This document shows positions 18,677 through 28,647 of a stretch of DNA of 64,000 nt, piece after piece (position 1 is the first letter of the stretch; each line of letters starts with the position of its first letter). This DNA comes from a virus, in IMG/VR virus record IMGVR_UViG_3300049929_000026, positions 32,001 through 96,000 of that record, one strand, 5' to 3'. A model generated the notes under the pieces. The model saw nothing but the letters and a program-made list of their open reading frames with translations. It had not been told where the DNA came from and did not search any database. The translations under genes were made by a program, and so were the position numbers.

Positions 18677-19044
18677 TAGGAAACCGTGACGGTGGTGCTA
18701 CCGAGCCCGGCACTCACCGACTCGTACAACTGGTAGTTCTCAGTGAAGCCGAGCGCATTCGTTACCGAGATCGCGTTGGAACGTAGAATGAATCCTCCAG
18801 CGAACCCACCGTACGTGAAGGTGGCAGCGCCGTACCGCGTCGGGCATGCGAAGTAGATCTTCTCTCCGGCAGCTGCGTTGACCGTGAACGTGATGCCGAG
18901 CGTGCGGCCGAAGGCATAGAACGCGAGAGCTTCAACGAAAGTTTCTGTGTTCGCTGGTGAAGCGCTATTTCCGTAATAGCTGTTCTGTCCCGCTAGCACG
19001 TTAGACCGGGCAGCTGCCAACATGGGCCATGCTCCGCCTGGCAT
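18676..19044 (-). CDS. Small tail-associated protein
   Basis: IYFACP..Y..YES pattern; abuts both neighbours. Confidence 0.55.
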   Translation of the reverse strand: MPGGAWPMLAAARSNVLAGQNSYYGNSASPANTETFVEALAFYAFGRTLGITFTVNAAAGEKIYFACPTRYGAATFTYGGFAGGFILRSNAISVTNALGFTENYQLYESVSAGLGSTTVTVS

Positions 19045-20670
19045 TCAAACCACCAACACCGCGTTGCAGACCTGGAAATTACTACCATCCCATTGAAACG
19101 AGTAGGTACGCTTGCAGCCTGGCGAGGCTGGCTTGGTGATCATATCTCCCGGCGAACCACCACCATTATGCATCGTATACGTGAACGCGCTTACGTCGAA
19201 GACCTCGACGAACACCACGTCGAACGGCCGCAATCCCGATCCAGCAACCATTGTCAGCACGGCGTTCGCTGTCTGCGTCGCCGCGGGCAGCGTGAACTTC
19301 ATCCCGGTGATGCCAGGGGCGATCGTTTGGTTCCCACCGGTGAGCAGCGATGGGCCAGGGATGACGTTGAAGGCGTCTACGCCGTTCGTGCCATTGGTTC
19401 CGTTCGTGCCGTTGGTGCCAGTCGCGATCTCGAAGTCGAGCGCGGTCGTATTGACGACGATCGCCCCCTCGGTCTTTAGCAGCGCGAGAGCTCCACCATT
19501 GGCTGTGCCCGCGACGATTGCTACGAACATCCCGGAGAAGAGGATATTTCCGGTGCGCGTCAGAACGAATGGCGTCGCGCCGCTGCCGATCGCAGTGACA
19601 ACGTACAAGCCATTGTTTGCACCAGTGGCCTCGTTTTTTACGAGGGTGATGTCGCTGAGCACTGCCGCGGTGCCATCCACGGTCAGTGCGCCATTGGCCG
19701 ATGCCGTGAGCACGCTGCCGGAACGAGTGTTCGTTGGCAGCGGCGCCGCGGTCGCGAGACGAGCCACCGGCGCCGAGCCAGCCATGGCGTCTGCGTAGCC
19801 CTTGGTGCAAGCGTCTGCGGCCGCGGTGGGCGTGGCCAGGTTCGTGAGCTTGTGACTGCCCATCGACTGATCACCCGTGAATGGGTTCGTGCCAGCCGGG
19901 ATGATCTGAGCGTCAACGTAGCCCTTCGTTGCCGCATCCGAGCTCACGGTCGGAACCGAGACGCTAGTGAGCTTGTGGGACCCCATCGATTGGTCCGCCG
20001 TGAAGGGTACCGTGCCGTTGGCTAGAACAGCGCCGCCCGGCGCCGCCACGATCGCGTCGACATAGGCCTTCGTTACGGCATCCGTGCTCGCCGTTGGCGT
20101 CGCTAGACTCGTGATCTTGTTACCGCCCGCCGACAAATTGCCGGTGAGCGCACGCGAGCCATCCGTGCGCAGATACTGCGGATGATCATCGGCGCTGAGT
20201 CCAGTCAGATTCGCGTGAACGGTTACTCCGCCACTGCCGGAGCCGGTCAGCGCCTTATTGAGTGGGACGGTCCAACCAAAGTTAGCATCGCGCTCGAGCT
20301 CTTCGCCCACAGCAAAAGGCACGATGCCCACCGAATTGGCAACGCCGACGAGCGCGGTCTTGGTCAGCGACGGATCGACCTGGCCAGCGGAATCCCGCCC
20401 GCCATTGATCACGCAGTTGATGATCATAGACACGCCGCGACCCGTGCCGGGATCCGCGACCATCGTAGCCGTAGCCGTGGCGCCCAATGGAGATCCGCCG
20501 AGCGTGATTGCTGGCGCGACGGTCGTCGGCGCATCGGTGCCCGCGAACGACCACGCGATCGTGTTCACGCCCGAGGTGCTGGTGAGCGCGAAAGTGAGCG
20601 CCGCGCCATAGGCCACCGCCTTCTCAGGCGGAGAGGCTGAGCCATTGATCGTAAAGTTGAGTGAAGGCAT
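19045..20670 (-). CDS. Tail fibre protein
   Basis: Repeated GSHKLT.L..PT...DAATKGYVD units; LVKNE....NNGLY motif; GTN triplets. Confidence 0.8.
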   Translation of the reverse strand: MPSLNFTINGSASPPEKAVAYGAALTFALTSTSGVNTIAWSFAGTDAPTTVAPAITLGGSPLGATATATMVADPGTGRGVSMIINCVINGGRDSAGQVDPSLTKTALVGVANSVGIVPFAVGEELERDANFGWTVPLNKALTGSGSGGVTVHANLTGLSADDHPQYLRTDGSRALTGNLSAGGNKITSLATPTASTDAVTKAYVDAIVAAPGGAVLANGTVPFTADQSMGSHKLTSVSVPTVSSDAATKGYVDAQIIPAGTNPFTGDQSMGSHKLTNLATPTAAADACTKGYADAMAGSAPVARLATAAPLPTNTRSGSVLTASANGALTVDGTAAVLSDITLVKNEATGANNGLYVVTAIGSGATPFVLTRTGNILFSGMFVAIVAGTANGGALALLKTEGAIVVNTTALDFEIATGTNGTNGTNGTNGVDAFNVIPGPSLLTGGNQTIAPGITGMKFTLPAATQTANAVLTMVAGSGLRPFDVVFVEVFDVSAFTYTMHNGGGSPGDMITKPASPGCKRTYSFQWDGSNFQVCNAVLVV

Positions 20671-21774
20671 TTAAACTTCTTCGAATCCGGCGCCGTGCAC
20701 AAGCAGCGTCTTGGCTGAGTTATCGGTCACGGGCGCGGGCGGGCTGATGGCCGCGAGCTGCGCGAGGAAGAGCGCATGAACAGTCAGGAGCGTCGGCACC
20801 GGGTTGAGTGCATGCACGGTGTCAGGCGCCAGATGCGCGCTAGAGATGCGGTGTGATTCGAAGCAGCGCTGCGCGTCGGCTAAGCCGCGAACGTGCTCGG
20901 AGATCGTCCCGGTGCTGGCGAAGAGAGGTAGACTCGCCCAGTCGACAACCTCGGTGCCACTGATTTGATGCCACCCGCTTGAGCCGGTACCGGTCGGCAT
21001 TGTCGCTGAATCGTTTCGGACATGCGCGCTTAGCGCTTTCAGAATTTGCGCGATCGATTGCCTTAGCGCGTCTGGTGTGGACGGGCTCCGATACGCCGAT
21101 GAGATCCGATTGGACCCATCATCGGCCGTGTCGTGAAACGAAGCGTCGGCAATGTGCGCGTTAAAATCGATGATAATGTCCGTAACCAATGCTCCGAGAT
21201 CGCCGAGTGCGATAGCAGCGGTCGATCCCGTTAATCCCGCTATAGCCGTCAGCAGCGCAGAGTTTTCTGCAGCCGTCGTTGCCTTGTCCGTCTTTGGCTT
21301 CTGGACCGCGGGAGTTGCCAGGCCCTGAACAGCAAGCGATGTTGACTGGATCACCGTGTTGGCGACGTAGATAACGAGTTCGGCGACGTCAGAGCCGGCG
21401 CCGAGCGTGGCCTTGAGCTTGCTCGCGACATAGAAGGTGAGCGGCGTTTCACCGAGCGACGTTTCGGCCGGTGCTGAGTTGGGCGCATTTTGATATCCGC
21501 CGCCATAGGGCGCCGCGCCCTTGATGAACTCAGCCGCCGCGAACTGGTAGGCACCAGAGGCATCGAACGTATATTCGACAGATCGCGCCGAGTCGGTATC
21601 GAAAGCATGGATTCGCGAAGCGTTGTTTTCGTCGAGTTTCCCACGCAGCTTCGAGCCTGCCGGCGCCGCAGTGCACCAGACGCGCACGAAGTTGCCAGCG
21701 CTCGCAGTGAACGTAAGACGCACGGGTTTATTCGCGACCGCGACAGCGATCGACGATGCGAGAGAGACGGTCAT
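20671..21774 (-). CDS. Hypothetical virion protein
   Basis: ORF from MTVSLAS in the tail operon. Confidence 0.6.
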   Translation of the reverse strand: MTVSLASSIAVAVANKPVRLTFTASAGNFVRVWCTAAPAGSKLRGKLDENNASRIHAFDTDSARSVEYTFDASGAYQFAAAEFIKGAAPYGGGYQNAPNSAPAETSLGETPLTFYVASKLKATLGAGSDVAELVIYVANTVIQSTSLAVQGLATPAVQKPKTDKATTAAENSALLTAIAGLTGSTAAIALGDLGALVTDIIIDFNAHIADASFHDTADDGSNRISSAYRSPSTPDALRQSIAQILKALSAHVRNDSATMPTGTGSSGWHQISGTEVVDWASLPLFASTGTISEHVRGLADAQRCFESHRISSAHLAPDTVHALNPVPTLLTVHALFLAQLAAISPPAPVTDNSAKTLLVHGAGFEEV

Positions 21775-21778
21775 TAGC

Positions 21779-22624
21779 CTAAGCGCGAATAATGAGCGAC
21801 TGCGCCCATTTCCCGCTGATGCGGAGGAACAACATGGCCACGATGCTAACGCCAGACGTAGTCCCGCCGATCCCATAGGGGCCGACGCTGGCGCCACTAA
21901 TACCGTAGGGGCTCGCGGGGCTCGGCAATGTCACCTGCATGATGTTCGGTCCGTAATTGATGAACCACATCGCGCGGGTTTCGAAGGCGGTCAGGCCCGT
22001 GTCATCAATGGTGTAATTCCGAGGCGCGGTGTTCGCGTTGCCGATCACGTAGTCGTACAGCGTGGCCCGATAAGGATGGCTGCCGGCCGTGTCGTTGCCG
22101 ATAGCGACTCGCGTTGAAAAGCCGCCACCGGCACTCGCAGATCCTGTCGCGGCAAATGGCCCGAGTACCGAGACGCCGTAACTGCCACCAACCTGGAGCC
22201 CGGCGTTTGCCGCAAGGAAACCGCCGACGGTCGCGGCGCCGATTAGAGTTAGCGCGCCGCCGACACCAAGAGCGCCGCCGATGCTGGCGGCATTGACGAT
22301 ATTGACGCTGTTCGCGTTGACGGTGTCTCCCTGAATCACGAAACTTGCGACCAATGAGGTCACTGAAGCCGTTCCAGCAGCGGATACATTGCCAGTGAAG
22401 GCAGCGGCTCCTCCGCTTGCGGAGCTCGTGAGCGTCAATCCGTTCAGCCCGATTGTCTTGCCTGCAGCGGTCTGCACGCCGAGATTATCACTCAGTGTAT
22501 AGCTGCCACCGTCGCGCCCGTTCATGGCGAACGGGAAGTCCGTGTTGAGTTGATTCATCTGAGCGCTGGTGAGAATTTCACCGAATGCCCAGCCGCCGGC
22601 CCGGAGCGGGCTGAAAGCCGCCAT
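21779..22624 (-). CDS. Tail-fibre-like protein
   Basis: W.FGEILTSAQMNQL N-terminus; Gly-rich repeats. Confidence 0.6.
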   Translation of the reverse strand: MAAFSPLRAGGWAFGEILTSAQMNQLNTDFPFAMNGRDGGSYTLSDNLGVQTAAGKTIGLNGLTLTSSASGGAAAFTGNVSAAGTASVTSLVASFVIQGDTVNANSVNIVNAASIGGALGVGGALTLIGAATVGGFLAANAGLQVGGSYGVSVLGPFAATGSASAGGGFSTRVAIGNDTAGSHPYRATLYDYVIGNANTAPRNYTIDDTGLTAFETRAMWFINYGPNIMQVTLPSPASPYGISGASVGPYGIGGTTSGVSIVAMLFLRISGKWAQSLIIRA

Positions 22625-22905
22625 TAGTAAGACCCTCGGACTAACGCGCGGTCGTCACTCGACCGCAGCACAGGCTTTGCGCGGCCGTCGGCGAAACGCT
22701 GAATCTTGAGCACCCCCGCCTCCTCGATGGCAAGGCGCTCGCTCAGCAAATATTCGACGCCTTGATCCACGTAGTCCTCGGGGAGATTCTGATCGAACGA
22801 CGAACGGAGAAACTGATCAATGGCTGCGCGCGGCAAGTCCTGCCTCGACAATGCCAGCACGTTGAACACGCTAAGCCCCTTGGTGCTGGAATAGACTTCG
22901 CTCAT
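22624..22905 (-). CDS. Hypothetical protein
   Basis: 93 aa; coupled to the downstream gene. Confidence 0.5.
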   Translation of the reverse strand: MSEVYSSTKGLSVFNVLALSRQDLPRAAIDQFLRSSFDQNLPEDYVDQGVEYLLSERLAIEEAGVLKIQRFADGRAKPVLRSSDDRALVRGSY

Positions 22906-22918
22906 GGTGGTTCCGAAT

Positions 22919-24094
22919 TCAGAGCGCATCGAAATCTAGCTGTGAAATGTCGAGCAAGAAGCGGCCCGCGCTGGTGGCCCAATTGAACGTCATCTTGGCG
23001 GGCAGCATGCGATCGAGTTGCTGGAACATGGCGACATTGGCCTGGTAGAGAAACTCGCTGAGCTGCGTGGGCGGCGGCTTCACGAGCAACACCGTCAGGT
23101 GCGCGCGTTCGCTCGACCAACAGCCACCCCCTAGATCCATCGCTGCCGGGCCTGGGTTGATTCCAGGCCAGAATGTGAGACTCGGAGGGCGCTCCAGATC
23201 GGAACCGATCTGGAGCGCGATGGCTGTGTAACGAGCGCCGAGTAGCTCAGCGAGCGCCGCGTCGACGTTCGCCTGTGTGGGCCCGAGCGCGCCCTTGTAC
23301 TTGGCGGCGCAGCGTTGGCGAATCTGCCAGCGCTGATCTGACTCTCGGTACGGCACAGCGAGCGCTTGCACCCACAGTCCGAGGCAGTCGTCAGCCGTGG
23401 AAGGGATGGCGTTGCAGCGGGCCCGCTCGGCCGCCCGCGTCTTGCCCGCCTCGAAACGGGCCAGTGTGAGCTTCTTCGCGTGAACAATGCCGCTCTGCTG
23501 GCTCGAGAAACCTGAGCCCAGCATCGCTGTATATTCCTGATACCAGAGCCAAGCGTAAGGCTCGGTCTCGGTGCTGCAGTCGACCTTGTCGGTGGCGCCG
23601 TCGTAGTCGCCAATCCGAGCCTCGGGCAGCCACTCACCGAACACGCGCAGGGAGACGGTCTCGTTCGATAGTGCCCAGGAGCTGCCGTTCCACTTGCGCG
23701 TTTCGATCTGTATGACGGTGGCGCTGATCTGAGTGAACGAGGCGACGACGGGATTGGCGTTCCAATGCCCGGAGGCGTTCGCCGTTCGAATCACCCAGGG
23801 GAATGCGACGGCGAGACCATTGCGAAATAGCTCCGAGGCGTATGTCGCGTTCCAGGTGAGTTTCACCAGGCCAGTGGAGACAACCTGCACGGCTGGGGCG
23901 AAGACGCCGCCTGAGCCGTTTCGTCCGTGGTAGCTAGTGACGGCGCCGCCAGTGACCGTCAGGCTAGCGAGCGGCGCCGTGCGCGACACCGCCGTCATAT
24001 CGGCTGCAACTCGAGCGTGCTGACTTGCTGTCCAACCGAGCTGCGCGCTGCTACCCAGACGCAGGGGCAGCAAACCGCCGAAGCCGCCAAACAC
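22919..24094 (-). CDS. Baseplate wedge-associated protein (Mu gp48/DUF2313-like C-terminus)
   Basis: P.TA.DCL..W...L, RQRCAAK and LDRMLPA motifs; downstream of baseplate J. Confidence 0.6.
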   Translation of the reverse strand: MFGGFGGLLPLRLGSSAQLGWTASQHARVAADMTAVSRTAPLASLTVTGGAVTSYHGRNGSGGVFAPAVQVVSTGLVKLTWNATYASELFRNGLAVAFPWVIRTANASGHWNANPVVASFTQISATVIQIETRKWNGSSWALSNETVSLRVFGEWLPEARIGDYDGATDKVDCSTETEPYAWLWYQEYTAMLGSGFSSQQSGIVHAKKLTLARFEAGKTRAAERARCNAIPSTADDCLGLWVQALAVPYRESDQRWQIRQRCAAKYKGALGPTQANVDAALAELLGARYTAIALQIGSDLERPPSLTFWPGINPGPAAMDLGGGCWSSERAHLTVLLVKPPPTQLSEFLYQANVAMFQQLDRMLPAKMTFNWATSAGRFLLDISQLDFDAL

Positions 24095-24646
24095 TCAGGT
24101 ACCGCTGCCGATTGAAAGGGTGAAGCGGGCGCCGCTAATCGCCACATTGGAGAGGCTAAGGGCTCGCACGCGCACGGCCGTAGCGCTCAAAAGCTCCGGG
24201 ACGGCGACCCCGCCACCAGCTCCGACTAAATTCGCTATCGGCTCCTTTGCGATGAACGCCCCCCCCACGCCATACTCATCGTTGTATGAGCTTGCAAAAG
24301 TGATCGTCACGTCCCCGTTCCCATTGCGCGAAGCAGCAGGGAAACCCGCCGGCGGGGCTGAGCCCACATAGCTGATTACCGTAGCGCCAGTCATGAGTCG
24401 GCAGTTCTCGACGGTTGGCGTGTTGGATCCGCCGTCGACGCAGAGAATCTGCATCGTAGCGAACTCCGCCGTGCGCACGACGGCAGCGGTGTCCGCAACG
24501 AGCCGCGAGAATCCTTCCGCACCCACGTCGGTGCGCGGGTTGACTACGCCTTGAGATTGATAATTGGCCTTATCTACAGCGCCGCCATATTGGATAAAAT
24601 CGGCGGTGCGGGTCCATGCCGGAAGCCCGGTAGGGGTTGTCATCAA
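24095..24646 (-). CDS. Hypothetical baseplate/tail protein
   Basis: Coupled to baseplate J. Confidence 0.55.
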   Translation of the reverse strand: MMTTPTGLPAWTRTADFIQYGGAVDKANYQSQGVVNPRTDVGAEGFSRLVADTAAVVRTAEFATMQILCVDGGSNTPTVENCRLMTGATVISYVGSAPPAGFPAASRNGNGDVTITFASSYNDEYGVGGAFIAKEPIANLVGAGGGVAVPELLSATAVRVRALSLSNVAISGARFTLSIGSGT

Positions 24647-26154
24647 AGCACCTGAATTCCGAAGTGGCGAGGTACGAGGACTCTAGGATTGGCGGCTACA
24701 GTCGATGGCACGGTGGGCGAAGGGCTCGGCACATAGCCGAGCGCGCCATTCGTGATCTCCCCGTGTTGCGCCAGAAAATCGGTCAGGAACTTGTTCGTGA
24801 TGCTCAGATCAGCCCCGTCCCCCACGAACGGATGTCGCGCGGAACGCGGTAGACGCTGGGCATCCGACGTGTTCTCGCCGGCGCCGAGCGCCTCCATCAG
24901 GTCCAGGAATGTGCTGCCATATTTCTCGGCGTTCGCTGCCGCTGGGGAAATGAAGTCTCCACTCGCTACCGCGTTACCGAGCGCATCAACGAACGGGCTA
25001 TCAATGGTCAGCGCCCAAGACCCCGAGGAGCCGGAGACGCCCGTGATGAGCGCAGTGCGCATCTTCATATCATGCGGCGACCACCACATGATATGTGCCT
25101 GTCCGATGAGTGGCGATACTGACGTCGTGGCGCTCACCGTCACGTGTAGCGAATCGGCAGAGCTTGTTACCGTAACCGGTGAACCGGAACCACTTGGTGG
25201 CCACGGGTATTGATCCAGCCATCCAAGACCATCGCCGCCAGAAAGCGCAGACGACGGCAGTGCAAGCGCGAGCGTGATGTCGCAAGGTAACTCATCTACG
25301 GTGCCGACCACATGCTCATCACCGGTTGAGAGCTGAGAATGGATGGCATCACGAACCAGCTCAATGGCGCCAAGCTGAAACGCCCGATGGTAGTCGTTCC
25401 TCTTGCGATCGAATCCCTTCAGGATCGTTAGCTTGTCCGACGACGCGCCGCCCAGCGCTGGGTAGACGTATGGATCTTTGACGCTTGGCAGCGTGTTGAA
25501 GGCGATCTCACGAAGCTGCCCCCAGTTGCCGCCGCCGGGCGTGTTTTGAAAGCGATTCAGGACACGCGCGCGCTTCCGATTTTCTGTCTCCTCGTCGAAC
25601 CCGCCAGTGAGCGGACCGTTGATTGAAACTCGGGCCTGCGTCGCGACGTTGAACGGCGGATTGACCCACCGAACCGCCATGCCACTCTCGAGATTTGTCC
25701 CGCTACCCGTGTCGATAGCCACGACGTCGACGTCCTGCTCATCGAACACATTGATCTGCGTCCCACTGACTTTGCCGCGGAGACCGCTCGGATAAAGAAA
25801 CGTGAGCCCGTCCGAGAACGTTACCGAGCCGCCGCCACTCACCGTCACCGTCAACTTGCCAGCTGCTGGCGATGCCTGAACGACGGGCAATCCGAGGGCG
25901 ATTCGGTACTCTTCGAGGTCGTCACCCGTCGCATTGAGTGGCGTAATCGCCGGCCGAATGGTGGCGATGTTCGAGTACTGCAGCAGTCCCGCGTTGGCGA
26001 CGGCGGTGAAAAAGAACCAGTTGTCCGTACCGGGCGTAACAGCGGGCGCGATCACTGAGTACTTCACGGCCTCAAGGCGAAAGTCAGCCAGCAGATCGTC
26101 TCGGATCTCCTCGGCGCTACCTGGGATGAAAAGTTGTCCGGCTTGAAGTGTCAT
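24643..26154 (-). CDS. Baseplate J-like protein (Mu gp47)
   Basis: ATGDDLE, GSGTNL and LTGGFDEET..RARVL...PGGGN motifs. Confidence 0.88.
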   Translation of the reverse strand: MTLQAGQLFIPGSAEEIRDDLLADFRLEAVKYSVIAPAVTPGTDNWFFFTAVANAGLLQYSNIATIRPAITPLNATGDDLEEYRIALGLPVVQASPAAGKLTVTVSGGGSVTFSDGLTFLYPSGLRGKVSGTQINVFDEQDVDVVAIDTGSGTNLESGMAVRWVNPPFNVATQARVSINGPLTGGFDEETENRKRARVLNRFQNTPGGGNWGQLREIAFNTLPSVKDPYVYPALGGASSDKLTILKGFDRKRNDYHRAFQLGAIELVRDAIHSQLSTGDEHVVGTVDELPCDITLALALPSSALSGGDGLGWLDQYPWPPSGSGSPVTVTSSADSLHVTVSATTSVSPLIGQAHIMWWSPHDMKMRTALITGVSGSSGSWALTIDSPFVDALGNAVASGDFISPAAANAEKYGSTFLDLMEALGAGENTSDAQRLPRSARHPFVGDGADLSITNKFLTDFLAQHGEITNGALGYVPSPSPTVPSTVAANPRVLVPRHFGIQVL

Positions 26155-26591
26155 AATGTCGCGCTGTGGCTGTCGCCGGTGAGCAGATCAGTAAACGCAA
26201 CCCTGATGTCGCTGCGCCCTGGTCGTGATTCGATTGCGGTCACCGCGTCGACCCGCAGTTCCCCGCTCGTGACCAGGAAAGCCAGCGCGCTGTTGATCGC
26301 GAATCGGACGCGACGTTCGTAGTTGCCGTCGATCTTGTCGGGCAAGGTCAACCCTGCGGTTTGTTGCACGCTTGAGCTCCCCTTCAGCGTGCCGAGCGCG
26401 AGCTCTACCCGCTGACGGAGCGACGGCATCCGGAGGTATTCGCCGTCGGCAGCGACGGTGTAGTCTTTGGTGAGCGGGTCCAAAAATCGGGCCGCTTGAG
26501 GGGCAATCGTCGGGGGAGCGGTCGCCTGGTCTGGAGTGCCAATCCCGAAGGGAGTTCCGAGCCCGACGGGCGCTTGTCCAAGTCCAGACAT
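26151..26591 (-). CDS. Baseplate wedge protein (gp25/Mu gp46-like)
   Basis: QRVELALGT..GS..RFAINSALAFLV; precedes baseplate J. Confidence 0.7.
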   Translation of the reverse strand: MSGLGQAPVGLGTPFGIGTPDQATAPPTIAPQAARFLDPLTKDYTVAADGEYLRMPSLRQRVELALGTLKGSSSVQQTAGLTLPDKIDGNYERRVRFAINSALAFLVTSGELRVDAVTAIESRPGRSDIRVAFTDLLTGDSHSATL

Positions 26592-26657
26592 GAGGCTTTA
26601 TTCAGGTCGCGCTCCGCCAGGCTTGCGAGCCGGACATGGGCGACGTACATTTGATGG

Positions 26658-27524
26658 ATGAGGGCTTTTGTGATTTTGATTGCGGGTGTTGCGATGGCTG
26701 GCTGCGGAGGTAGCGCGCAGAGCGCGGCGGAGGCGCAGGCTGGGGCTCCGGTCGCGTCCGAGCCCGACAATGGGGGCGAGCTCACGACGGGAGGTGGCGC
26801 GTCAGGGGCCAGCGCTGCCGGCGAAACAGGCCTGACCCTTGGCGGGACGGCTGGGGCATCGGCGGACGCCGCGGGGAGTGGCGGCGCGCTGGACACCGAG
26901 GAATCAGGAAGCGCCCCCGCTGGGCACGGTGGCGGCGGAGCTGGTGCGCCTCAGGTTGGCGCCGCAGGCATGGCTGGCCAATCTGGTGCCACAGCTATCG
27001 CGGGTTCAGGCGGCGCTGCGCAGGGCGGGGGCGGCAGTGCAGGAATGGGTAGCGCTGGTACTGCAGGAAGCGCAGGGGCACCCGACCCAGGAGTCGGCAC
27101 CGTTGTAGTCACATGGACCGTCGGTGGCATCGCCGCCAACCCTGGAGATGGGCCAAGCGCAGCGGCCCACCCGGAACTCTGTGCCTGCTTCAACCAGTAC
27201 GGTGACAAAGGTTGTGGCGGCGCGTCCAGCCGCGTCGTCTTGAGTTATGGGTTGCCCGGTAAGCCACGCGACAGCGGGGCATTGACGGATTGTCAAGAGG
27301 TCAATCTGACCAAGCGATCGGTGCCCTCGGTCGAATTCAGTTTCATGATCCGCTTCGATCGCGCGTATGAGGTGCCCTCTGGGCCTTACGCCTATTCGCC
27401 GAACTATGCGATGGATCCAGCCGTCACGTTCACGACGACCATCCCAGCGAACCAAACGGTTCACGTGGCCGTGGACTTCCCGGTGACTGGTATCGATGGC
27501 GCGACGTATTCGATCGTTCCCTAG
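26658..27524 (+). CDS. Gly/Ala-rich lipoprotein (antisense moron)
   Basis: MRAFVILIAGVAMAGC lipobox, long GxAG linker, Cys-containing C-terminal domain. Confidence 0.8.
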   Translation: MRAFVILIAGVAMAGCGGSAQSAAEAQAGAPVASEPDNGGELTTGGGASGASAAGETGLTLGGTAGASADAAGSGGALDTEESGSAPAGHGGGGAGAPQVGAAGMAGQSGATAIAGSGGAAQGGGGSAGMGSAGTAGSAGAPDPGVGTVVVTWTVGGIAANPGDGPSAAAHPELCACFNQYGDKGCGGASSRVVLSYGLPGKPRDSGALTDCQEVNLTKRSVPSVEFSFMIRFDRAYEVPSGPYAYSPNYAMDPAVTFTTTIPANQTVHVAVDFPVTGIDGATYSIVP

Positions 27525-28157
27525 CTAGCCGCCCACGAACACGCCTGCTGCCGGCGCCGAAGCGCCCGGTGCCCCGATTACGGGAGCAGGCCCGAACTGC
27601 ACCGGACCGAGCGGTGTGCGGCCACCGAGAATGACCTGACCGGTCAGGATGCACATCCCATCCTTGACTTGGATCATGCCGCCGCCGTGCGCCATGTAGC
27701 ATCCGCTATCCTGGCTGATTTCGAAATGGCCACCGAAGCAGGAGATGGTGATCTTCTTGTTCTTCTCGTCGACCACGATGGCCATGCTGTCGCCGACGAT
27801 GATGGATGCGCTCTTGTCTTTGAGGAACACGCGCGAATCGAAATCGGGACCAGTCGAGTGCAGGCAGGTTTCCCCGGCGCCGAGCTCAGCGGTGACCGAA
27901 GCGGTGCGCGTGTCGCGACCAGTGATGACGACGCCACCGCTAGTGCCGGGGACGTTAACCTTGATTCCTTGCGCGTGCCCGTTGTCGTTGCTCGGGTATG
28001 GGAACGCTGTGACACCGAGAGCCCCCATCATCGGCGCGTCACCAATGTCGGGCGCGTCGTTCGGATCTTCGCCGACCCGCGTCGTCTTCGCCTGAACAAG
28101 CAGCACGTTTGTTTTCGGGTCGAGCCTTGCGCTCCCTATATCGATGAATTCCGTCAT
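27525..28157 (-). CDS. Baseplate spike protein (Mu gp45-like)
   Basis: LG....P, GRDTR and LGAGET.LHS motifs; follows the hub gene; start MTEFID. Confidence 0.7.
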   Translation of the reverse strand: MTEFIDIGSARLDPKTNVLLVQAKTTRVGEDPNDAPDIGDAPMMGALGVTAFPYPSNDNGHAQGIKVNVPGTSGGVVITGRDTRTASVTAELGAGETCLHSTGPDFDSRVFLKDKSASIIVGDSMAIVVDEKNKKITISCFGGHFEISQDSGCYMAHGGGMIQVKDGMCILTGQVILGGRTPLGPVQFGPAPVIGAPGASAPAAGVFVGG

Positions 28158-28321
28158 GGGACTTTCGGAGGCTCCGGCGTGCGGCCGCCACTGATGACGC
28201 TCTTTCCTTTTGCCACGTATAACCTGAGCTCGCCGAACGGCCCCACGGTTATTCGACAACCGAAGGCTTCGAGCACAGCCGTCTCGACTGAGACTGTCGA
28301 GATGTCATATTCGAGTTTCAT
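28154..28321 (-). CDS. 55-aa protein (not in ORF track)
   Basis: MKLEYDISTVSVETAVLEAFGCRITVGPFGELRLYVAKGKSVISGGRTPEPPKVP; ATGA overlaps at both ends. Confidence 0.6.
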   Translation of the reverse strand: MKLEYDISTVSVETAVLEAFGCRITVGPFGELRLYVAKGKSVISGGRTPEPPKVP

Positions 28322-28638
28322 GCGGCATCAAGTGGGCAGGCGAGAACGATTGTTGGCAGGCTTGGAAGCGAGGGTAGCGAGAGACTGAGCGACGGTAGAG
28401 CAATCGTCGGCAGCTCCAGTCTCAGCGAGAATCCGGGGAGCGAAACGACAGGGAATGGAATTCCGGGCAGCGACGGTAGAGAGAGGCTCAGGCTCGGCAG
28501 CGCGATTGTTGGCAGTTCGAGGCTGAGGCTGAACCCCGGGAGCTCGACGAACGGCAAGGGGATACCGGGCAGCGACGGGAGCGAAAGGCTGAGCGACGGG
28601 AGCGCTAGCCCAGGCAATTCGAAGCTGCAGTTGCTCAC
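28318..28638 (-). CDS. Leu/Pro/Ser repeat protein
   Basis: Three near-identical ELP.IALPSLSLSLPSLP units; ends CPLD. Confidence 0.65.
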   Translation of the reverse strand: MSNCSFELPGLALPSLSLSLPSLPGIPLPFVELPGFSLSLELPTIALPSLSLSLPSLPGIPFPVVSLPGFSLRLELPTIALPSLSLSLPSLPSLPTIVLACPLDAA

Positions 28639-28647
28639 TGGTGCGCA

